Source: an uncultured Opitutales bacterium (GTDB taxonomy: Bacteria; Verrucomicrobiota; Verrucomicrobiia; Opitutales; Intestinicryptomonadaceae). Taken from it: a stretch of DNA of 44,483 nt. The position numbers and the translations under genes are program-made. The notes below the pieces were generated by a model. The model saw only the letters and a program-made list of their open reading frames with translations. It was not told the DNA's origin and ran no database searches. Location: positions 1 to 44,483 of the forward strand of contig CALXMX010000211.1 in the NCBI GenBank assembly GCA_944389575.1, in the 5' to 3' direction. Positions within the stretch are counted from its first letter, which is position 1, and each line of letters begins with the position of its first letter. Shown one piece after another: positions 7,683-18,497 of this stretch.

Positions 7683-10235
7683 TCACGCTTTCGGCGCGGG
7701 CTTTTGCTCCGCGGAATTTTTCTCCGCGCGCTTCGCCCTCTTGGCTTCGGCGGCCTTTTTTTGCGCCCGAACCTTCGGCGACACCTCCGACACCCACGCC
7801 CACTGCCTCTTCTTAAAATCGTCCATTTGCTCCTTTGAGGCAACTACAAAATCGACCGGCGGAATCTTGCATATGTCGATGAAGTCGCGCTTCGCCCGCC
7901 CCCTGAATACGAGCGAGAACTTCCCCTTCGCGCCCGGCTTTATTTTCGCCGCGTCGCGCTCAAGCTCGACATACACCATTCTGTTCGGGCCGTCCGTATA
8001 TGCGCGCACTATTTTCAGCCCGTCCACATTTTCCAAGAACGCCGCCGCAATGGGCTTGTTCGCCGACCCCTTCATCTGCCCAACCGCGACGCGGACGCTC
8101 CCACTTTCGGGAACGCACACCGGCTGGACGATTTTTTCCGGCATGAACCTCAAGTGCGAATATCCCCGCGCAAATCCGCTGGGCGCGTTGACCGAGAGCG
8201 ACATTTCGGAACACGGCACAAGGTGCATATAGTAGAACGCCTGCATCATGTCCTGGCAGGGAACGGCCATGCGCTTGAGCGTCCTCGCTCCGACTTTTGC
8301 GCGCCCCGCGATTTTTATGTTGCGAATCCGCGGCGATATTTTGTCGGGCGCGGCAAGCATCAGTTGCGCGGAATCCTCGCCCCGGGCAATCTCGCCGTTG
8401 TAAACCTTAAATCCATTAGGCAGGCCTTCGACCGAAAGTTCGATAGGCTCGTCCATTCCGTTCTTTCTGAACGCCACAACCCGCACCGAGACTATCTCTC
8501 CCGGGCGTATGTTGATATTGGCGGGCTCCGCCCTCAGCTTGAAATCCGGAGACGGCCTGCCGACCTTCAGCCTGTAAGAGTGCGAGGGCGAGCCCTCCCC
8601 GCGCGCGTCGCACACCCGGAGCGAATACTGCCCGGACTCCTTCGGCTCAAACACCAAACGCGAATCCGCATGGTGTGTCACCAACCCGCACGATGGATCC
8701 TCGAAATCGTCGGCCGTCGCCACAATCTTTCCGGACGAGTCGCGCAACTCCAAAGCCGAATCCAGCGGAGAATCAAGGCGGCGCGCAAAAATCTCCATCT
8801 CCACCTTCTCGCCTTCGGAGAGGTAAAACTTGTAGTAGTCCGACGCCCCCGCCGCCGCTATGCGGCCGTCCACGAGCGCGGGAAGCTTCAGCCGCTGCGG
8901 ATTCTCCGCCGTACTCCCCTTCCCCCCGGAGGTTTCCGACATCGACATCGCCGTTCCCATGCCGCGCCCCGAAAGCGGAATATTTTTTGAAAAACAACCG
9001 TCCGCAGAAAATTCGAGGCTGCCGAATTTGCCCCCCTTGAGAACGACGCTCTTTCTGTCGAGGTTGACGCCGTGCATCTCAAACGCGCCCTCCGGCGCCC
9101 CGCCGCCGGACGCATTTTCCGACGCGTTCGCAATGTTGAATCCGAGCGGGAAAACCGACTCCACGAACGGAACCTCGCCGAGCAGTATCCTATAAACGAA
9201 GTCCTCGCGGCTGCGGTATATCGCGTCGCGTATTTCCAAAACGTACTTCCCGTCGGCCGGAATCTCGGCGACGATGAGCGAATCCGGGCGGTGGCCGAAA
9301 TCGTCGTTGTACGCAATCTCCGCGCCCTTTTCGTCGCGCAGAATAAGGACCGTCTGAAACCAGCCCGGAACGGCGTCGGATATGTACGGAATGAGCGACT
9401 GCGCCCAGACGGCGGCCACGATTTTCTGACCCTTTTTCGCCTTGAAGCGGTAGAAGTCGGTCTTTCCCTCCACGATTTGCCCGTTGACGAAAGCCGGAAT
9501 TTCCACGTCGAATATCTCCGGGGCGTCCGGGACGATAAAATTTGTGTCCTTCCAAGTTTTCAGGTTGTTGCCACTCCAATATTGGGGCTGTTTGACGCGC
9601 TCGCGGGCGTCCTCGCGCAGGCTCTTTTTGGAAAACTCCGGAAGGCTGCCGATGTGGAATTTCATGGAATTTGAAAGCCCGGCGGGCGTCAGAATCTTTA
9701 TGTCGCGCTCGCCCAATTTGGCGTCCCCGGAAATGTCCAGTTCAATTTCGACAGTCTCGGCCATCGGCTCGGAGGACACGTAGCGAAGGTAGTATGACTC
9801 CGACGCCTCGCGAAAGCTCCGCACGTTTTCCGGAATGCTCATGAAACCCTCGCGTATCTTTTTGCGCACCTTCCAAAGCGCGCCCGGAACGTCAGATTCC
9901 GACGCCTTCTTAAGCTCCTCGCCTATCTCCGGGTTGTCCTCGATGTACTTTTTCTCAAACTGATTCCGGAGCGACACGAGCTTCCCGTTATCCTCCGGAA
10001 TCGTTATGCGCGTTATTTTCGCGCTCACGCCTTCCCCGCTTACAAACGCCGCCGAAGCGTCCTTAAAATCCTTCCCGCCGAGCAGTATCTTAGTCTTGGC
10101 GCCCCGCTGCGCCCCGCCCGGATAGACGTACGCGATATTCGGAGGCTTGTTCTGCGCAAACGCCGGCGCCGCGGAAAGCGCCGCAAGACACGCCGCCGCA
10201 AAAATTCCAAATCCCGCCCTCAAAAAAATCTTCAC
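7683..10235 (-). CDS. Secreted PPC (pre-peptidase C-terminal) domain protein of the PVC DUF1501/DUF1553 cluster
   Basis: GTG at 10235 overlaps the upstream TGA (GTGA). Signal peptide ending AFA, then YVYPGGAQRG and two PPC-like repeats (DFYRFKAKKGQ...AYNDD...DGKYVLEIRD; DYYKFYLSEGE...RLDSPLDS...ADD...GQYSLRVCD). 850 aa. Confidence 0.75.
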   Translation of the reverse strand: MKIFLRAGFGIFAAACLAALSAAPAFAQNKPPNIAYVYPGGAQRGAKTKILLGGKDFKDASAAFVSGEGVSAKITRITIPEDNGKLVSLRNQFEKKYIEDNPEIGEELKKASESDVPGALWKVRKKIREGFMSIPENVRSFREASESYYLRYVSSEPMAETVEIELDISGDAKLGERDIKILTPAGLSNSMKFHIGSLPEFSKKSLREDARERVKQPQYWSGNNLKTWKDTNFIVPDAPEIFDVEIPAFVNGQIVEGKTDFYRFKAKKGQKIVAAVWAQSLIPYISDAVPGWFQTVLILRDEKGAEIAYNDDFGHRPDSLIVAEIPADGKYVLEIRDAIYRSREDFVYRILLGEVPFVESVFPLGFNIANASENASGGGAPEGAFEMHGVNLDRKSVVLKGGKFGSLEFSADGCFSKNIPLSGRGMGTAMSMSETSGGKGSTAENPQRLKLPALVDGRIAAAGASDYYKFYLSEGEKVEMEIFARRLDSPLDSALELRDSSGKIVATADDFEDPSCGLVTHHADSRLVFEPKESGQYSLRVCDARGEGSPSHSYRLKVGRPSPDFKLRAEPANINIRPGEIVSVRVVAFRKNGMDEPIELSVEGLPNGFKVYNGEIARGEDSAQLMLAAPDKISPRIRNIKIAGRAKVGARTLKRMAVPCQDMMQAFYYMHLVPCSEMSLSVNAPSGFARGYSHLRFMPEKIVQPVCVPESGSVRVAVGQMKGSANKPIAAAFLENVDGLKIVRAYTDGPNRMVYVELERDAAKIKPGAKGKFSLVFRGRAKRDFIDICKIPPVDFVVASKEQMDDFKKRQWAWVSEVSPKVRAQKKAAEAKRAKRAEKNSAEQKPAPKA

Positions 10236-11641
10236 GACATTATTTCCGAAAGTATCCCCGCGCGCTTTGCGCCTTCGTTCTGGCCGGCAAGCACGCTCAC
10301 CCTGTCGCCCTGCGGAGTAATCAGGCCGGCGGACGTGTCTATGCCCAAATTGTAGTAAATGCTTCCGATGATGTCGCACGGATACGCGGGACGCTCGACG
10401 ACCTGCTCGCCCCTTTCGTCCGTCGCGCCGAGCACGCTCGCGCCCTTGAATCCCCCGCCGGCAAGCATGTGCGAAAACGCGTCGCCCCAATGGTGGCGCC
10501 CGCCGGAATACGGGGGCTTCCAGTCGATCTTCGGAGTGCGGCCGAACTCGCCGACCCACCAGACTATTGTGGAGTCCAAGAGTCCGCGCGCCGAGAGGTC
10601 GGCAATTAGCGCGGCGACCGCCCTGTCCGTGGGGGGAAGAAGCTTGTTCATCTCCTTGAAGTGGTCCTTGTGCGTGTCCCAGCCGCCGTAGTTTATCGTG
10701 ACGTACGGAACCCCGACCTCCACGAGCTTGCGAGCTATGAGGCATTCGTTTCCGAATCGGTTGTTGCCGTAGGCCTCGCGCACTTCGCGCGGTTCGGACG
10801 AAACGTCAAAGACCTTGCCCGCCTCGCCCAGCACGAGGTTGTAGGCCTGCTCCAAAGCCCGCTCGGAAGTTTGCAGGTAACCGGAATTGCGGAGGGTTTT
10901 TTTGAAAGTGTCCATGTCGTCGAGAAGCCGCCTGCGCGACTTCTGGCGCGCCACGGTCAAATCGCGCGCGACAATCCCCTCCACCTGAAACGGCGTTTTG
11001 GCGGGGTCCCCGCCCGTGGCAAACGGCTTGTAGCGCAGGCCGAGAAACCCGGACTCCGAAAACCTCCCCTGCGGCTGCGTCATCACAATGTACGGCGGAA
11101 TGTCGCCCTTGTATCCGGCGTCGTACCCCTTGAATTTCGACACGACCGCCCCCGCGCACGGAAATACAAACCTCCCCGGCTCGCGCCCCGTCTGGACGAG
11201 ATACGAAGCGGTCTCGTGCGCGTTCAAGCCGTGAGTGGCGCCGCGCACGACCGCGTATTTGTCCGCGCACTTTGCCAGATTCGGCATCAGCTGGCCTATT
11301 ATCAGGCCGTCCACATTCGTCTTGCAATACGACGTCAGCGGGCCGCAGTAGTCGTAGCCAAGCGACGGCTTTGGGTCCCAAGTGTCGGTGTGCGCGGGGC
11401 CTCCCCAAAACCAAATTTGAATTACGGACTTCGCCCTGCCGAAAGTCCTCGGGCCGGCGCCTCCCGACGCGGGCGAGTTCGCCGCCGAAGCCGCCTGCGC
11501 CTGCGAAGCCTGCGACCCGCTTGCTCCGCCGGCGCCCGACGCTCCGGCGCCCTCCGCCCGGAGCCTGCACGTCACCGCGCCGCAAGCCGCAAGACACGCC
11601 GCGTCTTGCAAAAATTTGCGTCTGGTTATTGCGCGTCTCAT
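10232..11641 (-). CDS. DUF1501 domain protein with Tat signal peptide
   Basis: MRRAITRRKFLQ twin-arginine motif; AKSVIQIWFWGGPAHTDTWDPKP, ARKLVEVGV, GWDTH, GEFGRTP, GRHHW and LAGGG. 469 aa. Confidence 0.88.
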   Translation of the reverse strand: MRRAITRRKFLQDAACLAACGAVTCRLRAEGAGASGAGGASGSQASQAQAASAANSPASGGAGPRTFGRAKSVIQIWFWGGPAHTDTWDPKPSLGYDYCGPLTSYCKTNVDGLIIGQLMPNLAKCADKYAVVRGATHGLNAHETASYLVQTGREPGRFVFPCAGAVVSKFKGYDAGYKGDIPPYIVMTQPQGRFSESGFLGLRYKPFATGGDPAKTPFQVEGIVARDLTVARQKSRRRLLDDMDTFKKTLRNSGYLQTSERALEQAYNLVLGEAGKVFDVSSEPREVREAYGNNRFGNECLIARKLVEVGVPYVTINYGGWDTHKDHFKEMNKLLPPTDRAVAALIADLSARGLLDSTIVWWVGEFGRTPKIDWKPPYSGGRHHWGDAFSHMLAGGGFKGASVLGATDERGEQVVERPAYPCDIIGSIYYNLGIDTSAGLITPQGDRVSVLAGQNEGAKRAGILSEIMS

Positions 11642-11649
11642 ATCTATTA

Positions 11650-13707
11650 TCAGTGGCTGTTGATAAATTCCTCGGTGTTTACAAGCGCCCACGCAAGGTC
11701 GTTGACCCTGTTCCAATCCGGCTTGGCCTTCAGATAGGCCGCGGCCTCCGCGCGCGTGGGCTCGCGCGAAAGTATTGAAAGATAAAGCGTCCTGAACGCC
11801 TGCGGAGCCGGCAGCTTGAAAATTGCCCGCAACTTCGGCGAGCGCGACAGCTTGGACCTTATATGCGTGGAATTTACCATGTGCAGCTTCTGCGACGAAT
11901 TCGCCGCGTTGACGCGCTCCGCCGCCGTGCCCGTGTCGCGGGCGGGCTTCCCGAACAGCTCCAAAAACGACGTGGTTATGCTGCCGTCCGGCAGGGCGAT
12001 CGCGCGCGCGTAGTTCGGAAGCGTGGTGTACGGCTCGGGAGTAGTGCTCGAATATATCTCCGTGCTGCCGGTCAGCGCGCACAGGGCGTCTATTATCACC
12101 TCCGCGTCGAGCCTCTGCACGGGATAGACCGCAAAAAACTTGCGCGCGGCCCCGGGCTCGGAACGCGGTATGAACGACTGCGAATACGTATTCGACATCG
12201 CTATAAGCTTGAACAGCTTTCGCACGTCGAAATTCTGCGACTGAAAGTACTCGCCGAGAAAATCCAGAAGCTCCGCGCAAACCGGGGGGTTGTCCGCGAA
12301 CATGTCGTCCACCGGCGAAACTATCGGCTGGCCGAAAATCCAGGCCCACGCCCTGTTGGCGAAGGCGCGCGAAAAGTACGGATTGCCCTTGGCCGTCAGC
12401 CAGCCGGCGAATATCGCGCGCAAGTCGGCCTCCTCTCCGACGTCGACCTCCCAGCCGTCGGGGAGAACCCCCTTGAACGGTGCGCGCTTGGAAATGTCGT
12501 TGACGACGACCTCCTCCTTCCACTCCTTCGTGGACTTCAACAGCACGCGCGAAAAAAAGGCCGACATTTGGTCGCGCTTTTCCCGCGGAAGCTTCTCGAA
12601 CCTCATTCCCATGAACGTGAGCGCCGCGCTCGACGCCATTGAGGGGGCGTCGCGGCTCTGCATCGCCCTGTAAAAATTCACCTCCCCGACCCTGAAGTTG
12701 CTGCCGGAAGCGCACAGCATGCGCCGCGCCATTTCGCCGTAGGAGACGTTGCGCATTATGCACTCGCGTATGAACCTGTCGTACGCCTGCGCGGCGTTCG
12801 GCCACAGATTGACGGGGAACTCGGCCTTCACCCTAAATATGTCGCCGAATTTGAGCGCCCAGTAATCGACGAAATTGTCCGACGCCATAAGAGCGTCGAT
12901 TAGGCGTTCGCGCTTGTCGGCGGAGGCGTCGTCGAGATACGCGCGCAGCTGTTCGACCGTCGGCAAAGTTCCCGTCAGGCCGAGGTATAGCCGCCGGCAA
13001 AGCACCGCGTCGGAAGCCTGGTTTGCGGGCGCGAGCGAATGCGATTTGTGCAGGGAGCGCACGATTACGTCTATGTGGTTGGCCGGAGCTTGCGCCGGGG
13101 CGCCGGTCTCGTACGGCGAGGCGTCGGAAAGCTTGAGAGCCTTCCATTCCGGCCTTTTGAGGATTTCTGCGGACTTGTCCGCGGAAGGCGCTTTTTTTGA
13201 ATTTGAAGCCTTGCCCTTTGGAGAAGTTTTTTTCGCGCCCGAGCCCTTGTCCACCCCGGAGATTTTTTTCCCTCCCGAAATTCCGCCCGCAACCGAGACT
13301 TTTTTTGCCTTCGCCGTCCCGTCCGCCGTCCCGTCCGCCGTCCTGTCCGCCGCCCCGGGAACCCTGTCCGCCGCCAAGGCTCCGCCGGCGCCCGAAGGCT
13401 TGCCCGCATTTAAAACTTTGCTCGCGCCGGAAACTTTTTCGGAAGCGGAAGTTTTGCCGTCAGCGCGCGCCTTGCCCGCCGCGGGAGTTTCGCCGGCATC
13501 GGAAGTTTTCTTTTTGGCAGAAACTGTGGCCGATTCCGAAGCTTTCATCTGGCGGTTTTCCGGAAGAGCCCGCGCGGAGACCGAAGAGGCGGCCCCCTCT
13601 TTCACCGCCCCTGCGGAATCCGCCTGCGCGCCTGCGGATTGCGCGCGCAGACACATAGGATACGCAATCAATGCGCACATCAAAAACCTGAAAAAAACCC
13701 CCGGCAT
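11650..13707 (-). CDS. Secreted DUF1549/DUF1553 (PSD1-type) protein with low-complexity N-terminal stalk; no CxxCH motif
   Basis: Signal peptide; NHID, SDAVLCRRLYLGLTGTLPT, KRERLIDALM, NPYFSRAFANRAWAWIFG, PVDDM, ELLDFL, FDVRKLFKLIAMSNTYSQS, RLDAEVIIDA, FLELFGKP and LYLSILSREP...DLAWALVNTEEF. Confidence 0.85.
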   Translation of the reverse strand: MPGVFFRFLMCALIAYPMCLRAQSAGAQADSAGAVKEGAASSVSARALPENRQMKASESATVSAKKKTSDAGETPAAGKARADGKTSASEKVSGASKVLNAGKPSGAGGALAADRVPGAADRTADGTADGTAKAKKVSVAGGISGGKKISGVDKGSGAKKTSPKGKASNSKKAPSADKSAEILKRPEWKALKLSDASPYETGAPAQAPANHIDVIVRSLHKSHSLAPANQASDAVLCRRLYLGLTGTLPTVEQLRAYLDDASADKRERLIDALMASDNFVDYWALKFGDIFRVKAEFPVNLWPNAAQAYDRFIRECIMRNVSYGEMARRMLCASGSNFRVGEVNFYRAMQSRDAPSMASSAALTFMGMRFEKLPREKRDQMSAFFSRVLLKSTKEWKEEVVVNDISKRAPFKGVLPDGWEVDVGEEADLRAIFAGWLTAKGNPYFSRAFANRAWAWIFGQPIVSPVDDMFADNPPVCAELLDFLGEYFQSQNFDVRKLFKLIAMSNTYSQSFIPRSEPGAARKFFAVYPVQRLDAEVIIDALCALTGSTEIYSSTTPEPYTTLPNYARAIALPDGSITTSFLELFGKPARDTGTAAERVNAANSSQKLHMVNSTHIRSKLSRSPKLRAIFKLPAPQAFRTLYLSILSREPTRAEAAAYLKAKPDWNRVNDLAWALVNTEEFINSH

Positions 13708-14177
13708 ACGACAGCCACCTTCGTCTATAATTATTCTATACTTTTGGGAAAACTCGCAAGAAAATTTTTAGCAAGGCCGGCGCGCGCACGCCCGCGCGCT
13801 CCGGTTATTTCGCGGCCTAAAAAACAAGCAATTCCGCGCGCGTTGAAATTCGCGCGAAAAAAACGGGAGAGCAAAATCTTGAAACCCTCGCTACCCCCCC
13901 GGACGCCTCCGCGCGCCATGCCGCGCTAAAGCGCCAGCCCCGCGCTCTTAGTTCTAAAAAAACATTTGAAAATTTTTACAAAGAGAACAAATCGTTATGC
14001 AAACCGGGCGCGCTCTCTCCGCGGCCGTCCGGCGGCGGGCGGAAAAAAACTCTTTGCAGGCCCGGCCTTTAATCTCATTTTCCTTCCGCATGGGGCGGCG
14101 GAGCGCAAGATTAAGACGTTATCCCGCGGGTAGCGCCCGGCGCCTCCGCGCGGAAGGATTCGGCAAAAATTTTCGGA

Positions 14178-15020
14178 ATGAAATCGGCATTAGTTTTGGA
14201 GGGGGGCGGAATGCGCGGCACATTCACAAGCGGCGCGCTCGACTGCCTGCTCGACCACAAGATTTACTTTCCCTACGTAATTGGGGTTTCGGCGGGAGGC
14301 TCGAACGGACTGTCGTACGCCTCGCGCCAGCGCGGAAGGGCGAGGGCCTGCAATATAGACGAGCTGCGCAAACGCCGCTACATAGGCCTGCGCTACCTGT
14401 TCACGCAGCGATGTATAATGGATTACGACTACCTCTTCGGCGAACTGCCGCGCAACGTGCGCCCGTACGATTTTGCGGCGTACTTAGCCGCGGGCAAATT
14501 TATATTGGTCGCCACAAACTGCCTCACCGGAGAACCCGCCTACTTCGACACCCCGCAGACTATGGACGACCTGCTGTCCGTCTGCCGCGCCTCGTGCAGC
14601 ATACCCTACGCCTCTCCCGCCGTCCGCATAGGCTCCGTACCCTACCTCGACGGCGGCATTTCCGACGCAATACCCCTGCGGCGCGCGGAATCCGACGGCT
14701 GCGATAAAAACGTCGTCATACTCACCCGCAACGCGGGATACAGGAAGGGCAACATGGCGGGCCCCCTCACGCGGATATTTTACCGGCGCTATCCAAAACT
14801 CGTCGAGCGCCTCAAGAAGGCGCATGAGGACTACAACGCCTCCCTGGAATACGTCGAAAACCTCGAGCGGCAGAATAAAATAATTGTCATACGCCCGCAA
14901 GAGCCCCTAAAAGTAAACAGGCTTGAGCGCGATCCGACGCGGCTTGAAGATTTGTACAAACAAGGCTATGCCGAAGCCGAAAAGCTCGCCGAAAAGATAC
15001 GCGGCTTCTGCAACTTGTAG
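14178..15020 (+). CDS. Patatin-like phospholipase (YjjU/DUF6363 type)
   Basis: LVLEGGGMRG, nucleophile GVSAG and YLDGG. Confidence 0.92.
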   Translation: MKSALVLEGGGMRGTFTSGALDCLLDHKIYFPYVIGVSAGGSNGLSYASRQRGRARACNIDELRKRRYIGLRYLFTQRCIMDYDYLFGELPRNVRPYDFAAYLAAGKFILVATNCLTGEPAYFDTPQTMDDLLSVCRASCSIPYASPAVRIGSVPYLDGGISDAIPLRRAESDGCDKNVVILTRNAGYRKGNMAGPLTRIFYRRYPKLVERLKKAHEDYNASLEYVENLERQNKIIVIRPQEPLKVNRLERDPTRLEDLYKQGYAEAEKLAEKIRGFCNL

Positions 15021-15168
15021 CCCGGGGCAAAAATAAAATATCGAGGCAAAAAATAGGGCAAAAAAAATGCCCGCGCGCCGCTAAAGGCGCAACGGACATA
15101 CGGCAACATTCCGCAGGCGGGCGGCGCGTACGGTCGCGCGAACCCCGCGAAAGTCAAATTGCCGGCAA

Positions 15169-16500
<1,332 letters not shown>

Positions 16501-16665
16501 CTAAATGACAACAAGCAAAACCCGAAATCCAAAACTGTCAAAAAAAAAATATGTTGAAAGATTCGCGCGGAACGCTAAAAAGATTCGACGTAAAAAATCT
16601 TCGGGCATTCTCCCGCGCGTTCCGGGAGCGTTTGATTTATATAGAATACCAAAAAAAGGAAAATT

Positions 16666-17853
16666 ATGTCACAAAGACCTCTAAACGTTGGACTCATTGG
16701 AGGCGGTTGCGGGGCGTTCATCGCCCAGCCGCATCAAAAGGCGATTCACTCCGACGGGACAAGGCGCGTCGTCGCCGGAGCCCTGCACCCGAATCCGGAA
16801 ATCGCGATGAAGGAAGCCGAAAACTGGCCCTACCCCATCAAAGGATACGCCTCATACGTCGACATGATTGCCGACCAGAAGAATCTTCCGGAAGACCAGC
16901 GCCTCGACTACGTTCTCATAGTCACGCCCAACTTCGTCCACTTCGACCCCGCGATGAAGGCGATAGAGGCCGGCATTCCGGTGATGTGCGAAAAGCCCCT
17001 CACCGTAAACCTTGAGGAGGCCGACAAGCTGGTGGCGGCCGCCACTGCAAAAGGCCTGCCGTTCGCGGTGGCGCACACGTATCTCGGGCACTGGAGCTCT
17101 TGGTTCTCGCGCTTCGTGGTCACGAGCGGGCTGCTCGGCGAAATACGCTGGGTTGACTCCGCCTACATTCAGGGGTGGCTGGCAAAACAGATCGAAAAGC
17201 AGGGCGGCGAAGGCGGCGCAGACTGGCGCACGGATCCGAAGCGCTCCGGAGGCTCCCTCTGCGGTGGGGACATCGGGACGCACGCGCTCATGCAGCTGCG
17301 CTTCGTCACCGGCCTCGACGTCACGCGGGTGAGCGCGCATCTCGAAACCTTCGTCAAGAGCCGCCTGCTCGACGACCACTTCACAACCTATTGCGAGCTC
17401 TCGAACGGAGGCAAGGCGCTGGTGCGCGCATCGCAAATATGCATCGGCCACAAGAACGACATGTCCCTCGAAGTCGTCGGCACGAAGGGCACTTTGGTAT
17501 GGAGGCAGGAGGAGCCAGAAAAAGTCGTCATCATGACGTCCGGCCAGCCCGACAGGGTGTACTGGCGCGGAGACGTCCAGCCCAACGACGGCTTCCTCGG
17601 CGACGTCCCCGAATGGCTACTCAAAGAGCCGCGCATTCCGTCCGGCCACCCGGAGGGATTCCACGACGCCTACGCCCGCCTGCACCGCGAATTTGAAAAG
17701 GACATTCGCGCGTGGAAGAAGGGCGAGAAGTTCTCCTACGACCACACCCGCTACGCCACCGTGCTCGACGGAAGAATGGGCCTGGCCTTTATCGACGCCG
17801 CACTCAAAAGCAACGCGAAAGACGGAGCCTGGGAGCAAGTTAAGCTCTCATAA
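16666..17853 (+). CDS. Gfo/Idh/MocA family NAD(P)-dependent oxidoreductase
   Basis: VGLIGGG, IVTPNFVH, CEKPL, YIQGWL, WRTDPKRSG and DIGTHA. Confidence 0.92.
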   Translation: MSQRPLNVGLIGGGCGAFIAQPHQKAIHSDGTRRVVAGALHPNPEIAMKEAENWPYPIKGYASYVDMIADQKNLPEDQRLDYVLIVTPNFVHFDPAMKAIEAGIPVMCEKPLTVNLEEADKLVAAATAKGLPFAVAHTYLGHWSSWFSRFVVTSGLLGEIRWVDSAYIQGWLAKQIEKQGGEGGADWRTDPKRSGGSLCGGDIGTHALMQLRFVTGLDVTRVSAHLETFVKSRLLDDHFTTYCELSNGGKALVRASQICIGHKNDMSLEVVGTKGTLVWRQEEPEKVVIMTSGQPDRVYWRGDVQPNDGFLGDVPEWLLKEPRIPSGHPEGFHDAYARLHREFEKDIRAWKKGEKFSYDHTRYATVLDGRMGLAFIDAALKSNAKDGAWEQVKLS

Positions 17854-18050
17854 CCCGCTGTGTGCGCGCGTCCGAATGCGCGTCCGAATGCGCGTCCCGC
17901 ACAGCGGGGCGCGCGCGGGCGCGGAGGCTCTTAAGCGGCTTGCCGAAAGCTTTTGCCGCCGCTCTTGCGGCGCAGACAAATTCGGCGGTTGCGGACAGGA
18001 AGCAGCTGCGGGTTGAAAGCGGCCGCGGGCAGGAAAAAGCGAATTGACGA

Positions 18051-18084
18051 AAGGCGACCCGCCGGAAAGCGGGGCGCTTTTTTT
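18051..18084 (+). terminator. Candidate intrinsic terminator downstream of the oxidoreductase
   Basis: AAGGCG-A-CCCGC/cggaaa/GCGGG-G-CGCTTT stem followed by a T run. Confidence 0.55.
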
Positions 18085-18497
18085 GTTTTCGGCGCTTTTT
18101 GTTCGCAAGCCCAAAGAGTCCGCGCGCAAAAAATAAATGCAAAAATAGCCTTCGCGCCGCCCACATGCGCGAACTTTCGCAAATAGCAAAAAGCTAAGCG
18201 CCCCAACGCATCGAAAGCGGGGAATATCGGCCGCAGAAAGAAAGCCGCGCAGATAAAAAGACGCCAAAGCCCCGCCGAAGAGAAAATAAATTCCGGAAAT
18301 AAAGATTCAGCCTCCGCCCCAAAGAAAAATTAGAGGTCGCAGGCGGCACCTTCCGGCGCCCCGCAAAAAATCAAACGCCCGAAAAAACGCCCGCCGAATC
18401 TCATAAGCCTTGACTAATCAAAAGCGTCGAACAAAAATCGCCCTCCCTTCATAAAACGGAGAGCGCGCTAAGAAGCGCGCATCAACACGATAGACCG

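Noticed and set aside
11642-12805. 388-aa N-terminal extension of the DUF1501 ORF (and the 10236-10745 extension of the PPC ORF)
   Set aside because: These are Arg/Gly-rich alternate-frame translations over real upstream genes. Tat and Sec signals mark the true starts at 11641 and 10235, and open alternate frames are common at this GC content.
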